A DNA stretch of 63,984 nucleotides, filler included, from Mitosporidium daphniae (GCF_000760515.2; 4 parts of 4 records of this genome joined end to end with filler, not necessarily neighbours in it), one strand, 5' to 3'; shown: positions 10,610-23,291, counted from the whole stretch's first letter. Program-made: numbers and translations. Notes: generated from the sequence alone by a model not told the origin.

Positions 10610-12190
10610 CCGCGATAGTTAATCTAAAAGACATCTTAATGTGGCGGTGCTAAAAATAAGCTGAGTTTAAAAAAGACTGTGAAAAGCGATCGGGTTGCAT
10701 TTTTGCATTCTTTTTTAATAGCTTATGGATTCTACTTCTTAAGAAGCCACTTTTTCTTTTTCTTTTTCAGTGCGAGCAGTTTATTTTTTGTATTATTTTC
10801 CCAGGTTATATAGAAAACAGTAGATCATTTAAAAATTGGCTCTTTTTCAAGTGTGTTTCTTTTTTCTAGTGCTTTCATCTTTAACCTTTCACTTGAAGTA
10901 ACTCGATCTGTTTTTATCTGATATGAAGCAGACTAATTTGTGAAAGGTCCGACTTGTGATACTGCATCGTCTTTAAATATCAAGCCTAAGGCTAGTATAA
11001 ATGCTAAAAGAGGTGATCTCGATCGATATGGCCCTTCCATTCAGAGGTTAGATTAAAATAACCTCTTTATAAACTCGGTTTTGACCTTAAAATTAAGAAT
11101 TCGTATATACTTATCTCCTTGGTGCAATTTTTGAATCAATTTTGCGATGATCGCCTTTACACGTAGCATTCAAACGAAATTTAGCTTCTCTGCTATTTTT
11201 TGTGGCCAAATTTTCCCATTTCCTGATTGCCTGTTTCTTGAAATGGGAAGCGTAATTGCCGGAACAATTGCATATGTTGTTTCTAGTTTTTCTCACAACA
11301 TTCAAATACGAAAGTGATTATTAAAGCCTGTGAAAGGAATTTCACGTTCGCAAGATGCATTTTTGTCGCAATTTTATGCCATTTTCCATTGGTCATCATT
11401 TTTCTTTCCGGATATTCATTAATCCTTTAATTATATTAATTGGCGTTATTGCTATTCAAGTGTTCAATTCCTCAAAGAGTTGCTTAGTTACCACCGATAA
11501 ACGACGTGAAGGTCTAGGACTAACTTTTAGATCCAAACCGTCGCCATGGATTCAAGTCTTTCACATTTATTATCTTTTTCAATTCTTCTAAGTAGCTTTC
11601 AGCTATCGATGGACGCGTTTATCAGATGGAGAAGAAAATATTTACGGCATGTATGGAATTTGGATTGACTTTTAATATAAAAATGTGGCTCGAAAATGTT
11701 AGAATCTACCTGTGAAGATCTTGAGGCTTGAAACGAAATACACTAGAGTAGTCCATGGAACTTTATGTGATGCATCTTCATGTTTGCAGTATTTTAGCCT
11801 TAAAGCCAGAAAGACGCCGCTGCAAAAACTTGATAAATGAGGAAAATCGATGTGATAAACTTTGGATTTGGGCATGTTCTTTGATTTCGCGTGCAATTGA
11901 TGATGATGTGTATTACAATTTCAGAAGGCTAGCCAAAATCGAGTTTTAATTGAAATCCAGTATAGCCGTCCTCCCCCCTCGATGTTAACTTTTCATGAAA
12001 AGCAAGAAATAGTTTACCCCCATAGCAGCTAGGCTACTAGCAGCCGTAGATCAACTAGTGGCTCAGAATGTCACCCTTTTGGAGAGGTACTGGTAAAGTA
12101 GGCTACTGGAGGGAAATGGTTTATTTTGTCGAAAAAGCTATTAGAATCTAGTAGAGTTTAAGCAATCTACAAGGTTTGATTGATAAGATT

Positions 12191-13402
12191 TTAAATGGGA
12201 AAGGGTCGGTATTCCCGGATAACGACAGGAACAGATGTGCATGGAATCATCCCCATTTCAGTGATGATCATCGAAACGAACTTTGATGGGATAATATCAT
12301 GCAGCGAGTGGGATATCCGCAAGTTAGCAAAGTTGGAGCGCTTTGAAGAACCATCATCGATCCCGTGCGTCAAAGTGGTGGCAAGTTGAACTTTATCTGA
12401 AAATTTGTAAGTTTCGCAACACACGATCACCGGAACGTTGGCTTGATGGGCCATCAATGCAATCATGGAGCTTCCTGCACGGGTTTGAACATTTCCATTT
12501 GAATAAATGCAGTGGGCTCCTAGTAGCACGCGGGTGACACTGCCAATTCTGAATGCGTGGCCAATTGCTGAAAGCGGGACATACGATGTTGGTATGATTT
12601 CAGAAAGCGGAACTCCCAGTCGCTGTTGCAAATATTTTAATACAAACTGGCCCTCGTAAAGAGGTCCTGCGTCGACAACCACCAGGGAGAATTTTTTTCC
12701 CCGTTGTGCGCCCGCAACGAGCAAGTCTAGAATGACATCCGAATGTGAAAAAACCATCAGAGATTCTCCATCTATTCTGTTAATGCCGAGTGACACGATA
12801 AGCTCGTCGGCAAGCTCAATTCGCTCTCTGAGATAAGAGTCAATGGCTTGGCATAGATATGTCTTTACAATTGAAAGCGAATCAGACTCTGGGACAGAGT
12901 GGTCAATGAGCGGGAGATGAGCAATTTGCCACTTCAAGTGTCGTATCGCATGCGCCATAGAAATAGAGAGCGGCCGGCTCTTGACGAGCCAAGCGATCTG
13001 TGGCTTAAGTGTAGCGTCCAAATGGCGCGAAATGGAAACACCTGCAGGGGGGAAGTAGTCTTGAATGACCTTTTTAAAAACGCGTAGGAGCGCAAGACAC
13101 CGAGCATTTCCGCCCACAATTCTGTGCTTTGAGTACAAGAGGGAAAGCTGACTCACAGCAGGGTGTATATTTTCTGGAACACCACCTATCTGACAAAGAG
13201 AGCTAGCGGGATTGCTGTTTTTTCTATTGAGGGGAGATGGGCTATTAGGAGAGGCGGAAGACACAACCAGCGATACCCTCACAGATGCGGCTGTTGTTGT
13301 AGCATAAGGCGAATGAATGGGGGAACTATTGGGATTTAATTGTGTGGAGTGAGTGGAATTGCTACTCGTAAGAGGATGGTGATGATGATGATGATGCATC
13401 AT
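12191..13402 (-). CDS. GCD2: Translation initiation factor eIF2B delta subunit
   Basis: IHPAV, IVGGNARCLALL, SRPLSISM, VIVCCETYKFSDKVQ, ITEMGMIPCTSVPVVIRE. N-terminal His run. Confidence 0.93.
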   Translation of the reverse strand: MMHHHHHHHPLTSSNSTHSTQLNPNSSPIHSPYATTTAASVRVSLVVSSASPNSPSPLNRKNSNPASSLCQIGGVPENIHPAVSQLSLLYSKHRIVGGNARCLALLRVFKKVIQDYFPPAGVSISRHLDATLKPQIAWLVKSRPLSISMAHAIRHLKWQIAHLPLIDHSVPESDSLSIVKTYLCQAIDSYLRERIELADELIVSLGINRIDGESLMVFSHSDVILDLLVAGAQRGKKFSLVVVDAGPLYEGQFVLKYLQQRLGVPLSEIIPTSYVPLSAIGHAFRIGSVTRVLLGAHCIYSNGNVQTRAGSSMIALMAHQANVPVIVCCETYKFSDKVQLATTLTHGIDDGSSKRSNFANLRISHSLHDIIPSKFVSMIITEMGMIPCTSVPVVIREYRPFPI

Positions 13403-13552
13403 CGTGATCGTATTTAAGAAAAAGAAATTTATTTTTCAGGGGTCATTAATGGGGTGGAATTTGCAAACCCAATCAGAAGTTAATGGTCGGGTCGACCAAT
13501 AGCATTAATCCCAACTCGTTTCAAATTTATTCCAATTTTTCTGGCTTTTTTA

Positions 13553-15707
13553 ATGCTTCAAAATCTCTCCGACCCGTTCTATCAGACGCTTGCAATCGTC
13601 GGTCTTTTCATTATTTTCTTTGGGCTTGTGTCTCTTTTCATCAAGGAGCGCCTCTATTTGACAGAGAGTCTCGTGGCTGTCCTGATCGGAATTATATTTG
13701 GGCCCATGTGTGCATCCATCATCACCCCTTATGAGTGGTTTTCGGAGTCAACATTTTATAGAATTCTTTTAGAGTTTTCGCGCATCATCATCTCTTTTCA
13801 GGTAGGAAATTGATCCGTTTTTTCGTTCATTTGTTTGTCTTTGAAATTTTCCATTTTTGCCGATTGTGTTCGGAAGGTTTTCCTTTTATTTTTGCCTATT
13901 TTTTATTTTCGTTTCTCAGTTATCATCAATCTAACGATGATAGGTTATGGCTGTAGGTCTTTCCATCCCCGGAATTTATCTTAAAAAACATTGGAGAGAT
14001 CTTATGATGTTTTTGGGACCAATCATGTGTGTAATGTGGGCCATTTCGTCTTTGGCAGTCTGGCTTTTTTCTGGATTAGATATATGGTCCTCATTGATGG
14101 TGGGTGCCTGTCTTGCACCGACAGACCCTGTGCTGGCGAATTCAGTTATCAAGGGAAAATTCGCCAATCGCTACATCCCGTCCCATTTACGGAATTTGCT
14201 CTCTGTGGAGAGCGGTGCCAATGATGGGCTTGGATTTCCCTTTTTAATGCTTCCTGTGTCCTTGCTGATGCATGCTGGTGCTGTTGGACCTGCCCTAAAG
14301 GAATGGGTTTTGGTCACATGGGTTTACGAGATTACATTTTCCATCGTCATCGGCGCTGTGGTTGGAATTCTTTCAAAAAAAGCTCTGGAGGCCTCTCAAA
14401 AATACAAGCTTATCGATAACGACTCGTTTTTGGTCTACTCGATGGCTGTGGCGATGGCCACTACCGGGCTTGTCGCATTGATTTCATCCGATGATCTTCT
14501 TGCGGTTTTCATTGCAGGAACGGTGTTCTCCTATGACGATGATCGGTACACCCAGGCCACGCGAGAATCCCACTTTCAGGAGGTGAGTTTCTTTTTCGGT
14601 TTATCGAATTAGGTCATCGATATGCTTTTTAATTTAATTTTCTTCATCCTATTGGGCGCCGTCTTTCCGTGGCAAGATTTCAAGGCTCTTGGTGTCGGCC
14701 GTTTGCTCTTCATTTCGATTACAATTCTACTTTTCAGAAGACTTCCTGTTGTGATGTTGCTTAAGCCATTTATTGGGCAATTGCGAACGGGACGGGAGGC
14801 ATTTTTTGCGGGCTGGTTTGGCCCCATGGGTGTCGGTGCCATTTTCTTTGCAATGGTCTGCAGGCACCATACTGGGATACCTCAAGAGACAGCTTCCGCA
14901 ATTTTTACCATCGTTTCGTTTGTAGTGCTGTCGTCTATTGTTATACACGGCATCACGGTGCCGATTACCCATTTTCATTTGAAAAACCGGGCCAGACGCA
15001 AGGCTGCTCGAAAGAAGGGCTTCTTTTCCGAAAATTCTGTCCCTGTCGTTGGTGCTGTTTCAACACCAATAGGAACTTCCGGCACGCTCGACCTGCAGAA
15101 TGGGGTTTCCTCACATTCTGTTGATGAAAAGAATTCTTCAGAAAATTCCGCAATTGTCGACATCCATCCGCCTATTTTGAGAGATATTCCAGAGCCACGT
15201 CTTGTTGACCAGGATATCGAAGGCGAGGGCGATGATGACATCAATCATCGGCGCGAACGGAATCTAATATATGGGGCGAATCAATCAAACATGGCTTCGC
15301 CAGACATATCTTCAATGCTGCCTTTGGGAGGCGGAAGGCGGAAGGTTGCCGATATTTCATCGGCCTTTGCTCATCCATCGGAACTTTCTACGACCACAGA
15401 AACCGAGGATATGGGCTTGACCACAGAAGATGACTCAAATGTCCATTCACACAGACGCCATATCAAAAAAGAGCCATATCGCATGCGGCCGGTAACGACC
15501 ACCGATTTTGAGGATGAGAGCCAGTATGACGACTATGATGACGTCAATGGTGGCAACCGGAACAGAACCGCCCTTTATGACGAAAATTCCATCAATTCGG
15601 GGCAAGAGTCGACGTCTACGGAAACTTTTGACGGCCGAAATTTACGGCAGGAACAAATTCTCGCGAGAATGAAGACCCATTCGTTCAAGCCAGTTTCACA
15701 ACATTGA
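13553..15707 (+). CDS. NHA1: Fungal-type Na+(K+)/H+ antiporter (Nha1/Sod2 family)
   Basis: IKERLYL, TDPVLA, ESGANDGLGFPF, SDDLL, GWFGPMGVGAIF and a long hydrophilic tail. Introns at ~13802-13943 and ~14583-14612. Confidence 0.93.
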
Positions 15708-15817
15708 TGCTAGTTGATAACATATCTGAAAGGATACCACCATTTCTAATAAATCAATTAATTGAACACAAAAACGGAAACGCCATCCCCATCAATTTAC
15801 TACTTATCTATGGAAAT

Positions 15818-17046
15818 TCAAGGCTTGAGCGGGGCGCCCGAGAGTGTTGGGCCGACAATCACACATGCTGGGTGCTTTGAAAAAATAGATTTTTGGAGCT
15901 CCCTGATGGAACCGATTTCAGTGGAATCAATCGACTGCATCATTTCAGCAACGGAAGGAAGGGAGGACGCCATGGCGGTGACAGAGTCATCGCTACCAAA
16001 AAGGAACTTTCCAATTCCAATGGCAAATGACTTTGCATGCTCTGGATACTCTGCAATTCGCAATTTTGCAGCGGCTTTGGCAGCCTTGAATTGAGCCTCA
16101 GAAATATCGAGCAAAAGTTTCTCTTGCACGAGAGGTTGGGCAGTCTCGATGAGAACTTTTTCTGGGCTGAAAATATTGGTACAAACGGGAAGGGAAATGG
16201 TAAATCCAAAAAGGCCAGCATCGGAATATTGGAAGAATTCTGGAATAAACTGCATGGTGGCGCCATTTAAATGGGACTTTCCCATCCATTTTCCATGTGG
16301 CGCTCCATATGGAATAGGAGATGGTGCATAAAATGCTTCCTTGAGAATCAATAGTTTCAAATTTTCAGAAATTGACTTTCCACCGAACCCTGGAGCAAGG
16401 AAGGCAACACTGAGAACCGTATCATTGACTCCTCGTTCCAAATGCAAAGTTCTTGCGGATGATAAGTTGGTTGGCTGGGAAAACACCCTGCGTTTGGCAT
16501 CTGCTGGCCGTTGAGAGACGAATTCTTTCATTGAAGAGGTAAAATATGTCGAGTCCAGAGCTTTGACGCAGTCTAGATCGACCCCAAAAGACGTAAGGGA
16601 ATACAATGGTCCAGAAACTGTGTGTTCAAATGCTTCCTTTTTGAAAAAAGATAGCTTTTCTTGGGTAAGCTCAGAGGGGCGCCAAGACTGACAGAGAAGA
16701 GAACTACCCAAGCCATGAAATCCAAAAACTTCCCTATGGATTGCCTCCATGGCAATATTTCTTGCCGAGGCTTCTGCTCGCAGTGCTTCTAATGTAATGC
16801 GTGTCTTTGCGGCTTCAATCTCATGCTCCTGCCAATGAAACGTTGAAAGAGTCTCGGAAAACATTTTTGCAATGAATTCACTAAACAGGTTAGCCTACAA
16901 ACGTGTACATGTCTTCTTTTAAGGATTCTGCATAAAGAATCAAATGTTCACGATCCAGAATTGCCTCTAAATGGCAACCACGGGACTCGGCCAGGCGCAA
17001 CAGCACCATTTGGGAGATGTTTTTTGAATTCATTGCAAAAATGTTT
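15818..17046 (-). CDS. M16-family mitochondrial protein, cytochrome bc1 core protein 2-like (5' end lost at gap)
   Basis: LEAILDREHL, FQYSDAGLFGF, FKAAKAAAK. No glycine-rich loop typical of MPP-alpha. Confidence 0.75.
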
Positions 17047-17146
17047 NNNNNNNNNNNNNNNNNNNNNNNNNNNNNNNNNNNNNNNNNNNNTTAATTAATT
17101 AANNNNNNNNNNNNNNNNNNNNNNNNNNNNNNNNNNNNNNNNNNNN
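17047..17146. other. Assembly gap with artificial TTAATTAATTAA linker
   Basis: 100-nt N block with a central six-frame stop linker, identical in all three gaps. Confidence 0.97.
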
Positions 17147-18249
17147 TATCACATTGCCGTCTGATGCATTATATGCTTGCATCTCGAAAAGGTATTTTGT
17201 GCTTACATATCGGTTTAGCCCAAATTCTAAAGAGTACCCATCGATGCTGTGTGACCTGGCCTGCTTATCTCCAAAATCGTATCTTGAAAAGCTTGTTTCG
17301 ATGTTGTGCTCGACCCCAACCAGCGACTTGATGGAAAAGTATTCTTTGTCAGCGGATCAGCTATTTCGAATTTGTTGGAACGCAATAATATTAATCAGCA
17401 GATGCGGAAGTTTGTCTTGGGATGCAGTAATTTTTGATGACTTATTATTAGACTCTCAAAGTTTTGGTGGAAAAGCTTGATGGCATCGCATCCGGTGTCC
17501 ATTGTGATGATAAAAAATTTTATGATTTGCTAAGTTTCCTTGAAAGATCGTCAAATTGCGCAATAAGCCCTGACGAGCCCTCTTTACTGTCTATGGAGAA
17601 ATTTAGCCTGCTCTGCTTGAATGACAAGAATGTACTATTTGATATCCTTTCGAAATGCCATGATCTCAGCCTCCCAATATTCTCGCAATGTCAAAGAAAA
17701 CGGTTTTTATTGCTGGCCTTGAGGTCTGCGTTAGCCCTGGATTGTGTGGAAGATGTCATTTGCGTGTTGAAAGAGAATCTCTTTAACCAAATCCCAAGTC
17801 TTTATAACACGTTTGTTCTGTTTATTTACCAACTTACGGCGGCAAGTTCTAAAAGGCATGCAGGCTTTTTGGAGCTTATTGAGGATATCGAAAAGGTTTC
17901 CGATACCAAGCTGCTTGCTTTGTATGTGCTTGCAAATTTATCCTGCGATAAAGCTTTGATGCTGCATCCTGAAATTAAACAAAGGCTGGAGCAGCAGATC
18001 AGCACCATTGCCAATTTGTCTTCACAGACCGTGACGCTCAAGAAGCATAATGGCAAACCCGAGCCCTCCAAAAAAAATCAGAAAAAGAAACTTCGAAGGA
18101 GAAAGCTTTACCTTGAAAAGCTATCTAAAAAAAACGGTGGCGCCATCCCACCTCAAAAAGCTAAACCGCTTGATCAATGGACTCCAAAACCAAAGAAAAA
18201 GATTGGCAAAAAGAAAACCTACAAAAAGCCTAATGCTGCCACCAAATAA
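17147..18249 (+). CDS. Helical-repeat protein with Lys-rich C-terminus, possibly SRP72 (5' truncated)
   Basis: Helical region, then KKKLRRRK...PPQKAKPLDQWTPK, loosely resembling the SRP72 basic/PDPERWLP region. Confidence 0.4.
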
Positions 18250-18406
18250 ATTGCTCCTAAGGCTTTTACAGCTTTATTGTACCGATAATAAAATGACGAT
18301 CCTTTGCATCATATCGGGCCTTGGTGAAAATTACACCGTGTTTGCGCACAACGAGCAATCAAGTAGCGAAGATGCCAGTTTCTGGCACAACGAGAATTCG
18401 GACATC

Positions 18407-20590
18407 TTAATTTGCATTTTGGGTGTCAAAATACTTGCTCTTGTACGTGGAGCTGGAGTCGCCAGGTGTTTCAAGATCAGGCACCATTAATAATCTTGTC
18501 AAAAGGAAGGACTCGCCAGAGGAGAGGCTGAAAAGGATTTTTCTTTGATCTTGATGCAGGTCGTTGAGTTGGGCAACGTAAATGATGTTGTGTTGTGCAA
18601 ACTTGTCTGAAAGCTCCCGCAGCCTTTCAAGAGTAAAGATCCTAACAATGTCCTTCCCGTGGCGCTCAATGTAAGACCTCGGTGTTTGGCTGTTTTCCCT
18701 CACAAACTGCCTTTTAATTCGATCAAGCAATGAATATATTTTTTGGGTATCGCACGAAATTTGATATTTAAACGCAGTGTATCTGATATCCTTGGACCTC
18801 TTGCAGATATTCAAGTTATACGCCTTTAAGGGAAGACCCCTTAAATTGATGTATGTAAACAAGGACGAGGCGGTGTGCCAGCATTTGTTTCGTATGCAGG
18901 ACGAAAAAAGGCTGTTGATGGCGCCATAGTACATGTCATTCAAAAACGGCTTCACCAGGTGATAAAATCTAGCAAGCTCGCGAATATTGGCACGAACATT
19001 GACATAGTAGTAAAAGATGATTAGAATGGTCGTTTTGGTCGGTTCTATTTGGTTTTGTGCCATCAGCAAAAGAATTCTAAAAATAAATGGGTCGACGTTC
19101 AGACAGGCAAGTTCGTACAACAGGCTGTCTTTGTAGAACCTTTCATCGACCAGCTTCATGCGATTCCTGAAGATGTTAATGGTATCGAAGAGCTTGCTTG
19201 GAGGGGCTTCGAAAAACCGAGCATAAGAAAAGTTCGTTGACTGTGAAAATTTCGCTTCATAAATGCTATAAAGCGTCGTGGTCTGGGCTTCCAAAACATC
19301 AAACATATAGTGATTTAGGATTGGATTTTTGTAGCATGCATCGAGAACCAAGTTAATATTGTTGACGTCCAACTTTCCCCAATTCCGGGCAATTCGAAGC
19401 GAACCCATAAATGAAACGATTTTGGAAGGGTCGGATTGCGAGTATATTTTTAGCACCAACCCATCGTGATCGGGATCCAAGGGACACCCGGTTTCCTTGC
19501 AAAGAACCAGCGGGAGAAATGTTTTACACAATTCAAAGGATGCCGTGTGAATACAAGAGTCCAAAAGGAGGGTTAAATCGTTCGAGGAAAAGCAAAAGTA
19601 CGGATCACGTGTGTAGTGGTTAAAGATGCTAATGGCGTCTTCCCTACGCTGGCCTCTGATCAGCTCGCCAAGTGCCAAGGTGACGAAAAAGGACGGCTTC
19701 AGGTGGTTTTTAATGCACCCATCAATGCTTTCAATGATTGTCAGCATATCCCGAACAGAGCAACACCAAACAATATACAGCTTCCGGATGTCTTCATTAA
19801 GAACGCTTGACCCCTTGATTGACCTGTATGCATTCTGAAACAATAGGGAATTTTTATCTGCCGATAAAAGATACAGCCAATAGTAATAAATCAAAGACGT
19901 GGGCTGCAGCAGTTTGATTTTCATGTTCACAATCAAGGTGGAGATTGATTGGGCGGCTTTGCATTTGAAAAAAACATACGCCAAGCGTTCGTAGATGCAT
20001 ATTTCGAGAGGAATTTTGAGCACTGACAGATCTTGAAATAGCCCTTTCAAGTGCTGCACCTGTAACGATGGTGTGATTTCGGTGTTGAAATTTGAACCAA
20101 ACACAGAGGTCAGCTCATCTTTGGGTACCCTTAAAAGCTGGCAAAAGATTTTCATGTTCAAAATATATGGCGAAACCGTCAAGCCATGGTGTTGAAGATC
20201 TTGAACAAGCCGATCCAACTCGTCCACCATGGATTTGCACGCAAATTTGAAAGCATACGATTCGAACAGCTCCAATGTCAATGGCTGCTTTTCAAGCAGA
20301 TATTGCTGTAAGATGTCAACAGAAAAGGGCCCAATATTTCCTCTAATGTACTTTGGAGTTGGATCGTTGGAAAAATACCGCAATGCCCTGTATGAAAATT
20401 GGCCTGGAAATTCCTCCTGCCGCTCATTGACATCGTTAGGATCTGAGACTACAGACGGAATTTGATCAAACGACTTGATGGAATATTTTAGCTTGTAAAA
20501 TATGCCGCCAGGGCCAAAATGAGATCTGATTTCCGCAAAAGGTAAATGGGAAACGCCAAACCCTTTCGGCTTCACAATGGAAGGCAGCAT
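18407..20590 (-). CDS. 727-aa PPR-like helical repeat protein, probably mitochondrial
   Basis: Intronless ORF with PPR-like segments (NMKIKLLQPTSLIYYYWL, MAQNQIEPTKTT, NINLVLDAC, INSLFSSC). Confidence 0.55.
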   Translation of the reverse strand: MLPSIVKPKGFGVSHLPFAEIRSHFGPGGIFYKLKYSIKSFDQIPSVVSDPNDVNERQEEFPGQFSYRALRYFSNDPTPKYIRGNIGPFSVDILQQYLLEKQPLTLELFESYAFKFACKSMVDELDRLVQDLQHHGLTVSPYILNMKIFCQLLRVPKDELTSVFGSNFNTEITPSLQVQHLKGLFQDLSVLKIPLEICIYERLAYVFFKCKAAQSISTLIVNMKIKLLQPTSLIYYYWLYLLSADKNSLLFQNAYRSIKGSSVLNEDIRKLYIVWCCSVRDMLTIIESIDGCIKNHLKPSFFVTLALGELIRGQRREDAISIFNHYTRDPYFCFSSNDLTLLLDSCIHTASFELCKTFLPLVLCKETGCPLDPDHDGLVLKIYSQSDPSKIVSFMGSLRIARNWGKLDVNNINLVLDACYKNPILNHYMFDVLEAQTTTLYSIYEAKFSQSTNFSYARFFEAPPSKLFDTINIFRNRMKLVDERFYKDSLLYELACLNVDPFIFRILLLMAQNQIEPTKTTILIIFYYYVNVRANIRELARFYHLVKPFLNDMYYGAINSLFSSCIRNKCWHTASSLFTYINLRGLPLKAYNLNICKRSKDIRYTAFKYQISCDTQKIYSLLDRIKRQFVRENSQTPRSYIERHGKDIVRIFTLERLRELSDKFAQHNIIYVAQLNDLHQDQRKILFSLSSGESFLLTRLLMVPDLETPGDSSSTYKSKYFDTQNAN

Positions 20591-20715
20591 GAAGGTTCAA
20601 ATTGGTAAAAATTAATTAGCCCACGCCTCCTCTCTCCCATAATTCGAAATTTATTAAATGGGGTTATGTGTGTTTTTGATTTATATTTTTAATTCTAAAC
20701 TCACGTTATTAAATA

Positions 20716-20791
20716 ATGATGATTAGTTCTGACGATAGGAATTGCCGTCAAAGCCTATATTAGGCAGTGACCGATAATTGAACTTTTCTGA
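20716..20791 (+). ncRNA. Candidate intergenic box C/D snoRNA
   Basis: Box C ATGATGA at 20716-20722, CTGA at 20729-20732 and box D CTGA at 20788-20791. 76 nt in all, with internal hairpins. Confidence 0.5.
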
Positions 20792-20872
20792 GACCACCCC
20801 CCCCATCCATGATAAACAAGCATAGAATTTAAAATTTAAGTACCATCGCCATACTGGCCATCGTCATCATGT

Positions 20873-22276
20873 TTAATAGTAATAGTCGTCATCGTCGTCG
20901 TAGGAATTGTGGCCTTCTCCGCCCCCCAATAGGCCATAATCTTCTAGGGACGGCACTTCCAGTTGATATCTCAAGATTGCACCTATTCCTCCAAAACCTT
21001 TTACAAATTGAGATCCTTCTTGACTCTTATCGGTTACAAACTCGAGAGAGGCGCCAAACTCTTTGAAATGCGTAGCAAGCCATTCAAGAAGGGATTCCTT
21101 TTCGACAACATCATAGTCAAGTCCGGACGATGGTTCTTGAAAAACCTTTCGATCCTTTTCCTGCTCTTTGTTAAGATGGACAATTTTGATCTGAGAAGCA
21201 TTGGTTGGCGATCTCAAAGTATATCTATTGATGTCGAGATTTTCCCACACAATAAGGGTTTCAACAGCACCAGAATCGAGAGCAAACAAGGTTTCGTTAA
21301 CCCCGAAGCAATACCTATTTGTATCGAGCGCAATTTCGTCAAAGTATTTTTGAATAAGCTTCTTTTCTTGGACAAACTTGACATTTAGAAGCACTTCCTG
21401 GCACAAATCAATTGCCTGGTTGAAGCCATTTTCTCCGCCATATGAAACATCCACGGTTTTGATTACTTTAACCTGAAGACGTTGGTCAAACATATCGGAT
21501 GTCTTGAGCTCCGTTTTAAAATCAGCAGATCCTGCAAGGATAAGGCCAGCAACGTTGACACGGTCATTGGTTATAAATACTTGAACAGCAACCTCGGCCA
21601 CTTTTCTTACATAGTTATGCCGCTTTTCCATTCGAAGCCGAGAAAACCGAAGAGCAGATTGGCCTCCCCTTCCGTGCTTCTTTGGCAAATCCACGGAGAG
21701 TTTGTGAAGAACTTCGCGAGTATTTCCACAAACGGTTCCAAAAAGAGATCCGTTTCCATCCATAATGATGAATCCAAACTTCATGTCGGACTCCAATAAT
21801 TCTGAAAGGGCCTCGGTGTGGAACTTGTTATCGCAAAGATACAGAGAGGTATTGATTGGCTTAAAGGGCTCCATATCAATGTTTACTAGCTTTTCCTTTC
21901 CCTCATCAGTTAGAACGGTGCCGCAATAAATGACGAGCCCGTTTTGCGGGACCTTGTTATAGAGCTTCAGCCTATTTTGTGTAGAGGTGATGGCGGATAA
22001 AACCGACTGGCGGTTGACACGGCTTTTGATATTCGATGCCGTTCCAAACTCGTCAGCCAGCATTTTGGAAATCCTTGATATCTGGTCGCGAGGCGGGATG
22101 ATTAACGATATCATGGATGTGCCATTGCCTCGAGCAGCCTCAAGAGACTTGACTAGTTTTTTGATCTTCCACATTTCTATGCTTCTGTCTGAATCATCCA
22201 TGCAGGCACTTGAAGATGAATTGCTGGAGGAAGCACCTGTAGAGCTGGACGGCCCACCAAGAATGGATGATGACAT
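20873..22276 (-). CDS. SUP45: Eukaryotic release factor 1
   Basis: GTS, NIKS, YLCDNKF and GGQ motifs, all in standard-code form. Confidence 0.98.
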   Translation of the reverse strand: MSSSILGGPSSSTGASSSNSSSSACMDDSDRSIEMWKIKKLVKSLEAARGNGTSMISLIIPPRDQISRISKMLADEFGTASNIKSRVNRQSVLSAITSTQNRLKLYNKVPQNGLVIYCGTVLTDEGKEKLVNIDMEPFKPINTSLYLCDNKFHTEALSELLESDMKFGFIIMDGNGSLFGTVCGNTREVLHKLSVDLPKKHGRGGQSALRFSRLRMEKRHNYVRKVAEVAVQVFITNDRVNVAGLILAGSADFKTELKTSDMFDQRLQVKVIKTVDVSYGGENGFNQAIDLCQEVLLNVKFVQEKKLIQKYFDEIALDTNRYCFGVNETLFALDSGAVETLIVWENLDINRYTLRSPTNASQIKIVHLNKEQEKDRKVFQEPSSGLDYDVVEKESLLEWLATHFKEFGASLEFVTDKSQEGSQFVKGFGGIGAILRYQLEVPSLEDYGLLGGGEGHNSYDDDDDYYY

Positions 22277-22362
22277 AACAGCGCACAAAAAATTTCTGCA
22301 AAATTTCTGCAAAAAGTCTAAATTAAAACATTAATTTAATATTAAATCCGCCACTGCAATCA

Positions 22363-23217
22363 ATGATCAATGGCAAGTTCGGGAGCGATCCACATACTCT
22401 AAATATGAATGCCTATTTTCGAGGCACCTCGACGTACGATTCTCTGCTAAAAATATTGATCATTGGCGATTCAGGTACTGGTCGTGGCTAAGATTTAGGG
22501 GTCGGCAAAAGCTGTCTTTTGATGAGGTTTTGCGACGATATGTTTACGCCCTCCTTTATTTCTACGATTGGGATCGACTTTAAAATCAAAACAGTCACCA
22601 TTAATGGCATGAAGGTTAAGCTTCAAATTTGGGACACGGCTGGCCAGGAGCGTTTCCGAACCATTACCACAGGTATTGTTTTGTGCTAATTGTCGCAGCA
22701 TATTACAGAGGAGCAATGGGAATTGTCATCGTCTATGACATCAATGAGGAAAAGTCTTTCAACAGTTTGTTCTCGCTTGCTAATGTTAGACGTGCAAGAG
22801 TGGCTTCAAACCATTTCCCAGCAGGCCGATCCAAACGTCAGGCTGATCCTTGTCGGAAATAAATGCGATTCAAAGCATGAAAGGGTATTTCTAATCTTTT
22901 GATTGCCATAGCAAGTTAGCTATGAAAAGGCGCTGCTATTTGCTCAAGAAAAAAAAATGGATTTCATCGAGGCATCTGCTAAAGAAGACATTTGTGTGGA
23001 TGAGATTTTCTTGAGACTGGCAACGTCCATCTCAAACGATCTAAAAAAAACGGAGTCCCTTAGTCAGCCCTCATCTCCTTTAATGGAATTGAGGCAACGG
23101 GGAAAAGATACCAGGCGATCTAATCCCAATCCCATACTCCATGTAGACTTAAATACGGTGAACAAAACTTCTGAATGCAGCAATAAGAAGCAACACTCAT
23201 TTAGAAGATGCTGTTAG
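22363..23217 (+). CDS. SEC4: Rab GTPase, Sec4/Rab8 subfamily
   Basis: [37 protein letters not shown] and C-terminal CC. Four short introns. Confidence 0.9.
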
Positions 23218-23291
23218 CGGAACGTTTATTTAAGAATAAAAAATAAAAATGGAAATTAAACACAAACTTTGCAGCCCCAAATCAGGCGCTA

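Noticed and set aside
17091..17102. TTAATTAATTAA palindrome repeated three times in the window
   Set aside because: It is always centred in a 100-nt N block, so it is an artificial scaffold linker. Gene adjacency across the gaps is also unproven.
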